64,000 nucleotides of DNA from Octopus sinensis (Eukaryota), in NCBI RefSeq assembly GCF_006345805.1, contig NC_042997.1, forward strand, positions 200,136,001 through 200,200,000. Direction: 5' to 3'. The position numbers and the translations under genes were made by a program. Positions 1 through 12,103 of the stretch are shown piece by piece (the first letter of the stretch is position 1; each line of letters begins with the position of its first letter). Under the pieces are notes generated by a model. That model made no database searches. It saw only the letters and a program-made list of their open reading frames with translations, and was not told the DNA's origin.

Positions 1-142
1 TTAATAAGGAACTAGCCAATTGTTCTGCAGGACATGAGCATGCAGTTTCCATTCTCTAGCTCAGCGGTTCTCAACTGAGGTCCATATAAGATTTTCTTGT
101 TTAAATTTATCTGTAATTAATTATTTTTTTATTCTTATACAT

Positions 143-538
143 ATTTCAGTCATTTGGCTGCGGCTATGCTGGAGCACCGCCTTTAGTTGAGCAAATTGAC
201 CCCCTCAGACTTATTCTTTGTAAGCCTAGTACTTATTCTATTGGTTTCTTTTACCAAACCGCTAAGTTACGGGGATGTAAACACAACAACATCAGTTGTG
301 AAGTGATGTTGGGAGACAAACAGATGCACAAACATATACAAGCATATACATACACACATATATATACATATATACGATGGGCTTCTTTCAGTTTCCATCT
401 ACCAAATCCACTCACAAGGCTTTGGTCAACCCGAGGCTATAGTAGAAGACACTTGCCCAAGGTTCCATGCAGAGGGACTGAACCCAGGGCCGTGTGGTTG
501 GTAAGCAAGCTGCTTACCACAGAGCCACTCCTGCACCT
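143..538 (-). mobile_element. tRNA-derived CORE-like SINE (family A, octopus OR-type)
   Basis: The minus strand has an A-box-like TGGCTCTGTGG, B-box GGGTTCAGTCCC, a CORE-like ACCTTGGGCAAGTGTCTT and an internal (AT)/(GT) microsatellite. More than 20 homologous copies occur in the window. Confidence 0.85.
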
Positions 539-559
539 ATGTAATTAAATATTTTTTTA

Positions 560-762
560 TTCTTTTACTTGTTTCAATCTTTGGACTGCGGCCATGCTAG
601 AACACCACCTTTAGTTGAACAAATCGATCCCTGGATTTATTCTTTGTAAGCCTAGTACTTATTCTATTGGTGTCTTTTGCTGAACTGCTAAGTTATGGAG
701 ACGTAAACACACCAGCATCACTTGTCAAGCGATGTTGGAGGTTTTCAAACTCACACACACAA

Positions 763-808
<46 letters not shown>

Positions 809-950
809 ATAAGAGGGCCTTCTTTCAGTTTATCTCTACCAAATCCACTCACAAGGCTTTGAAGACACTTGCCCAAGATACCATGCAGTTGGACTGAACC
901 CAGAACTATGTGGTTGGTAAGCAAGCTACTTACCACACAGCCACTCCTTT
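560..950 (-). mobile_element. Family A SINE
   Basis: Colinear homology to the other family A copies, with an internal deletion. Confidence 0.85.
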
Positions 951-959
951 GCTATAATC

Positions 960-1336
960 TTTTACTCTTTTACTCTGTTTTTTTCTCTTTATTTGTTTCA
1001 GTCATTTGACTGTGGCCATGCTGGAGCACCACCTTTAGTCAAACAAATTGACCCCAGGACTCATTCTTATTATTCCATCACTCTCTTCTGCCAAACCGCT
1101 AAGTTACGGGGTCATAAACACACCAGCATTGGTCATCAAGTGAATTTGGGGGAACACACACACACATATATATATACAACAGGCTTCTTTCAGTTTCCTT
1201 CTACCAAATCCACTCACAAGGCTTTGGTCGGCCTGAGGCTATAGCAGGTGACATTTGCCCAAGGTGCCATGCAGTGGGACTGAACTCAGAACCATGTGGT
1301 TTGGGAGCAAGCTACTTTCCACACAGCTGCTCCTGC
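960..1336 (-). mobile_element. Family A SINE
   Basis: Colinear homology, with an (AAAAGAGT)n tail on the minus strand. Confidence 0.85.
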
Positions 1337-1714
1337 AATTGGCAAGACATTTTAACAGTGATGTATACAGTTCCTAATAATATTTAATTACAAGAAGTTA
1401 AAATGAATTTTTGAAACATCATATGGTTAGGAGGGTCCATTCAAGTACAACAGGAATAAAAAAAAAAAGATGTTTGCAAAAAACTGATCTGAGTTAATTA
1501 TTAGTATGGAAAATATCATTACTTTGGTTACTGCTTGTAGGCAAGATATTTTAATCAGGGACAGAGTTTATTGTTGTTTTTTTTTTTATGTGTGAGGTAT
1601 TTATTTTACAAATGTCTCATTTTTGTAAGGACAGTGTGAAACTGGTGGTTGATTTGACTGAAAATGGCTAAATACAATCTCAGAATCTACATAGACATTT
1701 TGGAATTATTCAAA

Positions 1715-2050
1715 ATAATTTTGTTGTGTCTGGGGAGAGTCATTCTCTTTTAGTGCCTTATTATTTAACACACTCACCGGTACAATTTCCACTTATTTCC
1801 TTTATTTTTCTAAAATTTTTGTTGCGTCTTGCAACCTTTTCAATAGTTTTGAGAGACTACTGAAAAGGTTGCAAGATGCAATGACAATTTTAGAAAATAA
1901 AAATAAGAAATAAGTGGAAATTTTACCGGTGAGTGTGTTAAATTATAAGGCACTAAAAGAGAATGACTCTCCCCAGACACAACAGATTATGCTTCAACAC
2001 ACGAACTCATATAAAGAATCTTGCAAACCAAATCCAAAAACGAAACAAAA
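1715..2050. mobile_element. About 275-bp palindrome of two inverted Penelope-like pLTR copies with degenerate hammerheads
   Basis: 1722-1848 is the reverse complement of 1855-1984. Each arm holds a CTA-CTGAAAA-G-GTTGC..GCAAC-GAAA-ATTT-TAG consensus. The downstream sequence resembles 30200-30300. Confidence 0.6.
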
Positions 2051-2078
2051 TAATTTTGCCTTTATTAAATTTCTTGCT

Positions 2079-2290
2079 AAGGCAGTGAGCTGGCAGAGTC
2101 GTTACTGTACTAGAAAAAGTGCTTGGTGGTATTTCTTCCAACTTTATATTCTGAGCTCAAATGCAGCAGGAGTCGACTTTGCCTTTCATTCTTTCAGGGT
2201 TGATGAAAGAAGTACCACTTGATCACTAGGGTCGATGTAAGCAACTATTGCCCTCCTACCAAGTTGCAGGCCTTGAACCTATAATAGAAA
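2079..2290 (+). mobile_element. tRNA-derived Deu/Nin-domain-like SINE (family B)
   Basis: Head GGCAGTGAGCTGGCAG. Central GTCGACTTTGCCTTTCATTCTTTCAGGGTTGAT resembles the Deu/Nin domain. Confidence 0.75.
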
Positions 2291-2671
2291 GGATTATTAT
2301 TATTATTATTGGCAGAGTCATTAGCACATTGGGCAAAATGCTTAGCAGCACCTTCCCCTACAATGGTTGGCCTTGTTCCAAAATTTGAAACCATTATAAA
2401 TTTTCTTGCTCAGACTGATACCACTTGGAGAACCATCATTGTCTTGTCTGATGCTCTTGGAGTGAACAGAGATGATGCCATCAGTATATCAATAAAAGTT
2501 GGCAAACTGAGCAAAATCATAAGAGCATCAAGGAAAATGCTTAGCAGCATTTGTTTGGGCTCTTTATGTTTTGTATTGGAATTGTACTGAGATTAACTTT
2601 ACCATTCATCCTTTCAGAATTGATAAAAGAAAGTACAAATGAAGTACTGGGAATGGTGTAATTGACTAATA

Positions 2672-2905
2672 CCTATTTCTTTACTACCCACAAGGGGCTA
2701 AACACAGAGTGGACAAACATGGACAGACAAACGGATTAAGTCGATTACATCGATCCAGTGCGTAACTGGTACTTAATTTATCGACCCCAAAAGGATGAAA
2801 GGCAAAGTCGACCTCAGTGTACTTTGAACTCAGAACGTAACGGCAGATGAAATACGGCTAAGTATTTCACCCGGCATGCTAACGTTTCTGCCAGCTCGCT
2901 GCCTT
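2672..2905 (-). mobile_element. Family B SINE
   Basis: Full-length reverse copy of the 54105-54333 element. Confidence 0.85.
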
Positions 2906-3404
2906 CATTGACAAATACCTTCTTGCTAAAAATTGCTGGCCTGGGGTCAAATTTTGAAACAATTATTAATTTTCTATGCATTTAAATGTTGTAATTATAT
3001 TTAGAATACTGTATTTTGCATTTTTCAAAACTGCATGTGCAATACTTGTCAGCTTATTTGATTATATTTTATAAAGTTTCCATATTTTTCTAAGCAGAAA
3101 TAATATCTGCATTGAATATAAATATGAAAGTTCACTGTTTATATATTTTAAATGTGAATTTTGTTTGTTCTTTTTTTTTTTCTTTCTACATTTTTGAACA
3201 TTTTCCAACTAACCAACGTTTAGAATAAATTTAACACAACACCACTGTTTACATTCATCTTCTCTTACCAAACCAGCAGATGGTGTCATCATTATTTTTG
3301 TCACTCTGGTCAAAAGTCTAAGAGTGAGTTAAGTCTCTACTCTTTTATGCTAAAATTCCTGTAAACAAGTTATATTCATGGCTCCTTCAATTTTTCCCCT
3401 TTAA

Positions 3405-3624
3405 CTCTTTTGTTACCGTATTTATTTTGAGATGCTCTGGGTTTCTTTCAATTACATTAAATATAACATAGAATTTAGTAAAATAACTTAGTTATCATTA
3501 AGCTAGTGTTAGGAGCATAATTTGTGACTAAGGTTTGGTGGAAGATTTTAATTCAGGACTTATGAAAAGAGGACATTTGTACTCAGATCCAGAGGCGGTT
3601 TCAGCCATGTAGGTAATGAAAGGG
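3405..3624. mobile_element. TTAA-flanked piggyBac-like MITE
   Basis: TTAA|CTCTTTTGTTACC ... GGTAATGAAAGGG|TTAA: 13-bp imperfect TIRs and TTAA on both sides. Confidence 0.7.
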
Positions 3625-3782
3625 TTAAAGCTGGAGAACCTTACTACAACTATTATCATTTCGTATCACAAGAACTAACACATAGTTCTGGCTCCACTTG
3701 CAGATACTATTGTTGTTGTTATCATCATCATCTTCATCATTATTATTATTATTATTATCATTATTATTATTATTATTATTAT

Positions 3783-4345
3783 TGAATGAGAGAGCAGTGC
3801 ACGCTATCAAAGTGACAATGGGGTGAAATATATGAAGCTCAGTATACTCATCATGACTACCCGTCTGATAAGGGTACACCAGGCACACATGCATCACAAC
3901 CATATGTGCATGACATAGTGATCTCATATCAAGATAAACAGCACATGACCTTGCAGGTAGGGCCCAGTTAGAATTTTCTTCTGGTTGTGTAGCCCATCCC
4001 ACTGAAAAGGTCCCTGAATAAGGGTTGTTTAAGGATGTTGAACGAAAAACACCCATGTTTCCAGAGGTGAATTATTCAAACCCTCCAAAGAATTCCTTTC
4101 AACACACGGCTATGATGCTCCTCCACTACTTCTGCTCATGATCAGAGGTGCACATATCATCAGCCATTAAGCGACATGCTCAACTGGTGAAAGTGAAACA
4201 ACTGACAAGCAAATCTATGGTACTGAGTAGAATATTTGCTGTAGCCCATCTTTTATACTAAGACAAAACAATGTACATGATGACACTTCCAATCCGTTAA
4301 GTTCAAAAGCCATCAGAACCACTGGCTGGTACTGCATCAGGGCAT
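3783..4345 (-). mobile_element. About 555-bp non-coding retroelement embedded in (AAT)n (family E)
   Basis: Near-colinear with 41888-42441 and 39882-40190. All copies share one boundary and are flanked by (ATT)n. The strand is inferred from the truncation pattern. Confidence 0.75.
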
Positions 4346-4365
4346 TTATGATTATTATTATTATT

Positions 4366-4664
4366 CTGAAAGACTCTCAGATAGTTCATAATTACCAGTT
4401 GTTATTTACTTAAAAGTAGGAAATAACAAATCACCAAAGGTTTCAAGTAGTGCCTTCTCCTGTGACTCAGAGACACTATACTCTCCTTAGAATGCGAGCT
4501 GTACCCAACAATGCTGCCTTCTGGATCACTTTGAGCCTGACAGTTGCTCCAGTATTCTTAATATGATTATCAAAGTTCTTGTAAACTGCTGCTAATGCTC
4601 CAATTACCACCGGTATCATCATTAGTTTCCTCATGCCCCATAACTTTCCAATGGTATTTCTCAC
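4366..4664 (-). pseudogene. R4/Dong-clade LINE 3' end (restriction-like endonuclease C-terminus and 3' UTR)
   Basis: Encodes IGKLWGMRKLMMIPVVIGAL...IQKAALLGTARILRRV*. The 3' end abuts (AAT)n. Confidence 0.85.
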
Positions 4665-5818
4665 TCTTTTCTGTTTTCCGGTATTGCTAACTTTTTCCTG
4701 GTATTTCTCACTCCTTTCTTTTTCCTCGTATTTCTCACTCTTTTCTGTTTCCTTGTAATTCTCACCCTTTTCTGTTACCTGGTATTTCTCACTCGTTTCT
4801 GCTTCCTGGTATTATTACTCTTTTCTGTTTTCTGCTATTTCTCACTCTTTTCTGTTTCCCTGTATTTCTCACTCTTTTCTGTTTTCTGGTATTTCTCACT
4901 CTTTTCTGTTTCCTCGTATTTCTCACTCTTTTCTGTTTTCTGGTATTTTTCACTCTTTTCTGTTTCCTTGTATTTTTCACTCTTTTCTGTTTTCCGGTAT
5001 TTCTCACTCTTCTCTGCTTCCTGGTATTTCTTCCTTTTTCTGTTTTCCAGTATTTCTCACTCTTTTCTATTTCGTGATATTCTCACTCTTTTCTGTTTTC
5101 TGGTATTTCTCACTCTTTTCTGTTTTCCAGTATTTTTCACTCTTTTCTGTTTTCCGGTATTTCTCACTCTTTTCTGTTTTCCGGTATTGCTAACTTTTTC
5201 CTGGTATTTCTCACTCCTTTCTTTTTCCTCGTATTTCTCACTCTTTTCTGTTTCCTTGTAATTCTCACCCTTTTCTGTTACCTGGTATTTCTCACTCGTT
5301 TCTGCTTCCTGGTATTATTACTCTTTTCTGTTTTCTGCTATTTCTCACTCTTTTCTGTTTCCCTGTATTTCTCACTCTTTTCTGTTTTCTGGTATTTCTC
5401 ACTCTTTTCTGTTTCCTCGTATTTCTCACTCTTTTCTGTTTTCCGGTATTTCTCACTCTTTTCTGTTTCCTTGTATTTTTCACTCTTTTCTGTTTTCCGG
5501 TATTTCTCACTCTTCTCTGCTTCCTGGTATTTCTTCCTTTTTCTGTTTTCCAGTATTTCTCACTCTTTTCTATTTCGTGATATTCTCACTCTTTTCTGTT
5601 TTCTGGTATTTCTCACTCTTTTCTGTTTTCCAGTATTTTTCACTCTTTTCTGTTTTCCGGTATTTCTCACTCTTTTCTGTTTTTCGGTATTTCTCACTCT
5701 TTTCTGCTTCCTGGTATTTCTTCCTCTTTTCTGTTTTCCAGTATTTCTCACTCTTTTCTGTTTCCTGATATTTCTCACTCTTTTCTATTTCCTGGTAGTT
5801 CTCACTCTTTTCTGTTTC
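4652..5818. repeat. 27-bp minisatellite (about 43 units) with a 503-bp higher-order duplication
   Basis: Unit approximately GTATTTCTCACTCTTTTCTGTTTTCCG. The variant GTATTGCTAACTTTTTCC recurs at 4681 and 5184. Confidence 0.95.
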
Positions 5819-5826
5819 CATTATTA

Positions 5827-5867
<41 letters not shown>

Positions 5868-5869
5868 GG

Positions 5870-6055
5870 GAAGGTGGTAGGTTGGCAGAACAGTTAGCAT
5901 GCTGGGTAAAATACTTAACAGCATTTCATCTGTGTTTATGTTCTGAGTACAAATTGCGCTAAGGTTGACTTGGCCTTTCATTCCTTTGGGGCCAATAAAA
6001 TAAATAACTGACTTAATTGATGTAATTGACTTATTCCCACCCCTGCTGAATTGCA
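5870..6055 (+). mobile_element. Family B SINE, diverged
   Basis: Head and Deu-like core homologous to the other family B copies. Confidence 0.7.
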
Positions 6056-6169
6056 TCCCTTTTTTCTCTTTTTCTCTCTTTCTCCCCGGCCTTACCCTTT
6101 TCTTTTTCTAAATCCTATTTAGCTTTCTTCAGTTGATGAGAAAAATGAAATTCATCCTTTTAAAATGCT

Positions 6170-6660
6170 GTGAATTTTGCCACGATTATTGCTTTTGTGC
6201 TCCTGGGTAGAAGAGTCCTGTATGGCCTCAGACAGACAGTACTTTATGCAATGCACGTGCAGTTCCAAGTTATGCTGACTTTTGCAATACATCTAGATTG
6301 CAGGGTATCTCTAAGGACTTCAGATGTTTTTTTCAGATTGGGTGGTATTGAACCCAATGCTCCAATGACAATAGGGACAACCTTTATGTTCGACACTCGT
6401 AGCTGCCTCATCTTAGCAATCTCAATTATCAACTTTTTCTCTTTCCTTCATAACGATATGTTGATCTCCTGGCACTGCTACATCAATTATTAGGCACTCT
6501 TGTTTGTCCCACCTAAAGGTTATAATACCCAGCCTTCAGTGCTCTAACACTTTGTTTGTCTGGAAATCAAAATCCCAGAAGATTTTTGCCTTCCTCTTTC
6601 CATCCATTACCTTTGCTGGTGTATGTTGGTACCAAGCACCAATAACCTCATTTTCTCATT
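6170..6660 (-). pseudogene. R4/Dong-clade LINE fragment (REL endonuclease domain)
   Basis: Across frameshifts and stops it encodes WYQHTPAKVM..KIFWDFDFQTNKVLEH..ECLIIDVAVPGDQHIVMKEREK..VVPIVIGALGSIP..KVLSV*. The 5' end abuts (AAT)n. Confidence 0.9.
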
Positions 6661-6661
6661 A

Positions 6662-6711
<50 letters not shown>

Positions 6712-6754
6712 GCCTTTGCACAGCTTCTAATGCTGGAGATGTATTATTATTATT

Positions 6755-7088
6755 GGCCTCTGTGCTGGTGGCTCGTAAAAGACACCATTCGAGCGTGATT
6801 GTTACCAGCATCGTTTTACTGGCACCTGTGCTGGTGGCATGTGTAAAAGATTCGAGCGAGGTTGTTGCCAGTGCCGCCTGACTGGCCCTTGTGCCGGTGG
6901 CATGTAAAAGCACCCACTACACTCTCGGAGTGGTTGGCATTAGGAAGGGCATCCAGCTATAGAAACTCTGCCAGATCAAGATTGAAGCCTGGTTGCAGCC
7001 ATCTGGTTCGCCAGCCCTCAGTCATTCGTCCAACCCATGCTAGCATGGAAAGCGGACGTTAAACGATGATGATGATGATGATGATGAT
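6755..7088 (+). mobile_element. RTE-type LINE 3' UTR repeat (family C) with (GAT)n tail
   Basis: Contains roughly 60-bp GTGCCGGTGGCACGTAAAAGCACC units, GGTTGGCATTAGGAAGGGCATCCAGC, and ends AACCCATGCTAGCATGGAAAGCGGACGTTAAAC(GAT)n. Confidence 0.75.
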
Positions 7089-7102
7089 GTTATTATTATT
7101 AA

Positions 7103-7152
<50 letters not shown>

Positions 7153-7501
7153 CAGTTGTTGAGAATGAGATTCAGTTGTTGGAGATATCAATCTTTCAGT
7201 CATTTGCAAGTGCAAAAGTTTTCCTAATGGCTACTTTGGCAATTATCATTTGATGTTCAAAAACTAAATATGGTAAGTGTCATGTAAAAAAAATAAATAA
7301 AAAAAAAACGAGGCTTACAGATAACCTTTGTAGCAAACTGCAGTTTCAATTAGTGGCATTGGTAATTACCAAACATCTGTTAGAAAGACACTATAATTTT
7401 CTGATAGTGCAAATTGGTTAGACATCATCAGTAGAATCTTTTAGTTTTGTCTCCTTTCTTATCCAGAAAAAAAACTCTGTATGTGCATCTGTATGTGTTT
7501 G

Positions 7502-7561
<60 letters not shown>

Positions 7562-7977
7562 TGTGTTTGTATGTGTGTGTGTAAATACATTGCTTCGCAG
7601 ATATGATGAAATATGTGCCATAGAAACCTATAAACCAGAGGTCTGTATGATTATGGAGTCTTATTGTCGAATGATAGAAAAATGGTTGATTTTCGAAAAA
7701 ATATCTGTTCTTCTTGCTGTATCTCTAAATTAGTAAAGCAGTATCATGTGTGTATGCATAGTACACAGCCAGAAAAATGAAATCCAAAAAAAAAACAAAA
7801 CCAAGGCAAAAATCTGTGACTGTAATTTCTGTTGCTACAACTCTAGTTGTAATACGGGTAGTCACTTTGGTTATTGATTTTAGAATTATTTTCTTCTACT
7901 ATTCTTCTTGCAAGAGCCTATTGAATTTCATTCCTGTTCAATGCAAGTTCTAGGCTGATTAAATTTCCATTTCATTC

Positions 7978-7978
7978 A

Positions 7979-8032
<54 letters not shown>

Positions 8033-8090
8033 TATGTGTATATACATATATATATACATATACATATATATGTGTATATATATATATATG

Positions 8091-8167
<77 letters not shown>

Positions 8168-8232
8168 TATATACATAATACATATATATACATATATATA
8201 TATACATACATATATACATACACATATATATA

Positions 8233-8263
<31 letters not shown>

Positions 8264-8342
8264 ATATATATATACATAATATATATATATATACACATAT
8301 ATACATAATACATATATACATTCATATATACATAATACATAT

Positions 8343-8387
<45 letters not shown>

Positions 8388-8458
8388 CATACACACATAT
8401 ACATATAAACGCATATATATGTGTTTGTGTGTGTATGTGTTTGTATATATATATATAG
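7978..8458. repeat. Compound (TA)n/(TACA)n microsatellite
   Basis: Directly visible. Confidence 0.95.
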
Positions 8459-9483
8459 TCTCTGCATGTTGTGGAAAAAAGCAAGCTAAAGTAGGAAATG
8501 GTTTCACAGATTGACAGCTCACATCAAGTAAGATATCTTTGTAAGAAAATTCTACACCTATAACAAAAACAAAAAAAAAAATGAAACTAAAACAATAAAA
8601 AATTATTTTAAATTTTAAAGTCTCATATTCAAACATAGTGAATAAGATATTTTTTGTTTAAAACTAGATAAAAAAAAAAGTGAATGGTGAGGAAGAGAGA
8701 GAGAGCTGAATAAAGTAAGTAAATATATATAGTTATGCCCAGTTATTGCTCTCTATTACATGATATTTTTTTTATTATCTTCTTGATGAGGTTAACTAAT
8801 TATTTGAAGACAAAATTACTTTTTGCGATGAGGTGAAGCAATTTGTGATTAGGTGAATCAATTTGTATCACTCAGTGAAAAATAGTGTCTGCTTATAAGC
8901 TATTTAATATAAATACACAATCTAATCATTGCAGTGTTAGCTTTGGACTGTTCAAAGCAGCAGATATAATTAAATAACCCATCATTATTAAATATCACAT
9001 CATAATCATTATCACTGTCATCATTATTGCTGTCATAATTTGTCGTCATTGTTGTTGTTGTCGTCGTCTTTATTGCTATTTTTTGTATGAGTTTTCCTTT
9101 GCTTTGATGTGGGTTTCATAGGTCTTCTACAGCACAGCATTTCTCCGCTTGCCACATTTATTTATCATTTTGTTTGTGAGGTTCAGAATTTTCATGTCAG
9201 TATTTCCACATCTGAAAGGAAGTGAGTTTGTGGTACTTTTGATGACAGACAAGGGATTCTTGCACATGGCTATGATAAATAAAACTTCTAAATTTCACAA
9301 CTCTGATATTGCAACAGTATTAGGCTTGCAGCAATTTTACGCAGATGACTATTTCATATTGATTTCCAATTTAGGTACCAGGCCAGCAAGTTTGAGGAAG
9401 GGTGTAGATTACATCAACCCCAGTGATCAACTGGTACTTATTTTATTGACCTTGAAAGGATTGATTTCAAAGTCAACATTGTT

Positions 9484-9880
9484 AGGTGTGTGAGTGTGGT
9501 AAGAAGCTTGCTTTCCAACCACATGGTTCCGGGTTCAGTCCCACTGCATGGCACCTTGGGCAAGTGTCTTCTACTAGAGCCTTGGGCTGACCAAAGCCTT
9601 GTGAGTAGATTTGGTAGACAGAAACTGAAAGAAGCCTGTCGTATATATATATATATTTATGTGTGTGTGTGTGTGTTTGTCCCATGGCTATTGCTTGACA
9701 ACTGATGCTGGTGTGTTTATGTCTCCATAACTTAGTGGTTTAGCAAAAGAGACCAAGAGAATAAGTACTAGGCTTACAAAGAATAAGTTCTGGGGTCAAT
9801 TTCTTCACCTAAAAACTTTGTAAGGCAGTGCTCCAGCATGGCCACAGTCAAATGACTGAAACAAGTAAAAGAATAAAAGA
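9484..9880 (+). mobile_element. Family A SINE
   Basis: Full-length copy with B-box GGGTTCAGTCCC and a GTAAAAGAATAAAAGA tail. Confidence 0.85.
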
Positions 9881-10115
9881 ATGGACAAAATGCCATTAAA
9901 CATTTTGCCAAGCAAATGATTCTGCCAGCATACCATCTTGAAAGTTGACTTTTTAATATTACCATTGTCATAAGGCGGCAAGTTTCATCCAGTTGAGCAT
10001 TGGTGTCAATGTAACTGATTTACCCGCGACCCAAAACTGTTGGCTTTGCCTCCAAATTTGAAACCAAATTTCATCATGTATTTATTTTAACCAATCAGAA
10101 ACAAGTAGTTTATAC

Positions 10116-10749
10116 TAGTGGTTTGCAGAGTGGGTGGTACTACTCCACTGAGGGCAGTGGAAACATCCAGGGGAGCATTGAAGAAAAATAGGGCGATAAT
10201 GGGGTGACCGTGGAGACACAATGGCCCAGTCGTTCGGGCAGCGGACTTGCGGTCGGAGGATCGCAGTTTCAATTCCCAGACCAGGCGTTGGGTGTGTTTA
10301 TTGAGCAGAAACAACTAAAAGCTCCAGCAGGCTCTGGCAGGGGGGGGGGTGACCCCTGTTGTTCTCTTTCACCACAACTTTCTCTCACTCTCTTTTCCTG
10401 TTTCTTGAGTGATGCTGCAATGGACTGGTGTCCCATCCAACTGGGGGGAACACATACACCACAAAAACCAGGAAACTGGGTCCATGAGCCTACCTAGGCT
10501 TGAAAAGGGCAACGTTTATCATTTTTTAATGGGGTGACCAAAACAGGGGCAATGGATGTAAAAAAGCAAACAAAATAAAGAGTTAATTATATTAAGTTTT
10601 ATTTCTGAAAAACTGTTGTTTTGAATTTGCTGCGGAAAATAGTCTGCATCTGTGATGGTGAGTGGAGCGGTAGTGGTGGTGGTGGGGCAGTAGGAATGTG
10701 ACCTTAGAACTAAGTGGGTGGCAGCCTGAAAAAGCTTGGGAACCACTGG
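10116..10749. mobile_element. hAT/Charlie-like non-autonomous element hosting a SINE
   Basis: The right end reads CCAGTGGTTCCCAAGCTTTTT on the minus strand. The left end CTAGTGGTTTGCAGAGTGGG is a degenerate match. Confidence 0.5.
10210..10526 (+). mobile_element. tRNA-derived V-domain-like SINE with 13-bp TSD
   Basis: A-box-like TGGCCCAGTCG, B-box-like GTTTCAATTCC, V-domain-like TGCAATGGACTGGTGTCCCATCCA. TSD TAATGGGGTGACC at 10197-10209 and 10527-10539. Confidence 0.75.
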
Positions 10750-11239
10750 TCTATACAATCTATTCTGGCTATTTAAACAAAAAACTGCTGTGTCTCACTA
10801 ACTCTCTGTTAGCTCTCACCAACAGCCATAAGTAAACTGTTTCTCTCTTCATGGCTCTTGCTAGAAGTGATCTTCTACCCTGACATTGCGACAATGGAAT
10901 AATTTCTACCAGTTCCAAAACATTTCATTTTCTATTTGCTACTAACCATTATCTGTTTGCAAGCATCTTAATGTAACAAACAATGAACATAAATATATAC
11001 ATTATCTCCAACACTTTCTACAACTCATCCACCTGACTATGTAGAACAAGAAAATATCTACGTACATTCTCACAAACACATTATCTTGATTAATGTTGTA
11101 AATTAGGCCCTATTAAATTATGCCTGATTCCTGCACTGTTTAAAACTACAACTCGCAAACCTCATACTGCATGATTTCAATTGTTTTGGTCAACAAACAA
11201 AATCAGAAGAGTTCTTTTACTCTGTTGGTAAGTAGAGAA

Positions 11240-11278
11240 TCCTCCTCCTCCTCCTCCTCCTCCTCCTCCTCCTCCTCC

Positions 11279-11322
<44 letters not shown>

Positions 11323-11338
11323 GTCATCGTCGTCGTCG

Positions 11339-11372
<34 letters not shown>

Positions 11373-11550
11373 TGTTCAATGTTTGCTTTCCCAGCTGGCA
11401 TGGGTTTGACGGTTTGACTGAGGACTTGCAAGCCAGAAGGTTGCACCAGGAGGCTGCACCAGGCTCCAATCTGATCTGGCAAAGTTTCTACAGCTGGATG
11501 CCCTTCCTTATGCCAACCATTCTGAGAGTATAGTGGGTGCTTTTTATATG
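11240..11550 (-). mobile_element. Family C RTE 3' UTR with an expanded (GAT)n(GAG)n tail
   Basis: Reverse-complement homology to family C. The trinucleotide tract spans 11240-11372. Confidence 0.7.
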
Positions 11551-11679
11551 CTGAAAAGAAACATCATAATCTGCCATCATTGTTGATTCCTATGCTATCT
11601 TGAGCAAGGGTTTTCTACTAAAGCCCTGGTCAGACCAACGTCTTGTAAGTAAATTTGGCAGACAGAAATTGAAAGAAAC

Positions 11680-11908
11680 AATGCTGGAACTCTATCCCAA
11701 AGGGCTTTAGTTGAACAAGTCAACCTCAGTACTTATTTTTTAAATCTGGTTCCTATTCTATTTGTCCCTGTTGCTGAATGACTAAGCTATAGGGATGTAA
11801 ACAAACCAACATCAGTTTCAAGCTGTAGAAAAGGCATAAATACAAAGACAAACAGACAAGCAGATAGACAGACAGACAGACACATACAAACTCTCACACA
11901 CACATGCA

Positions 11909-11962
<54 letters not shown>

Positions 11963-12103
11963 CACACACACGACAGGCTTATTTCCAGTTTCTGTTCACC
12001 AAATCCACTCACAAAGCTTTGGTTGGACTAAAGCTAAGGTAGAAGACACTTGCCCAAGATGCCGTGCAGTGAAACTGAACCTGGAACCATGTGATTGAGA
12101 AGC
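11680..12103 (-). mobile_element. Family A SINE, diverged
   Basis: Colinear homology with an internal (CA)n. Confidence 0.75.

Larger units (their letters stand above)
62..1490. mobile_element. Degenerate hAT/Charlie-like MITE split by three SINEs
   Basis: Left end CAGCGGTTCTCAACTGAGGTCC resembles a Charlie/MER5-type TIR. The right end near 1430-1490 (GGGTCCAT...TTTGCAAAAAACTG) is highly degenerate. Confidence 0.35.

Noticed and set aside
303-548. Recurrent ORFs such as [23 protein letters not shown]
   Set aside because: They are chance frames through family A SINE copies and are not conserved in frame.
4652-5818. CRISPR-like appearance of the regular repeats
   Set aside because: The units are contiguous with no unique spacers, and the context is eukaryotic.
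7155-7278. Possible exon ending at ATG|GTAAGT
   Set aside because: Stop codons occur in all three frames and there is no recognisable protein. A non-coding exon cannot be excluded.
7972-8484. YI/CV-repeat ORFs here and throughout the window
   Set aside because: They are translations of (TA)n, (GT)n and trinucleotide microsatellites.
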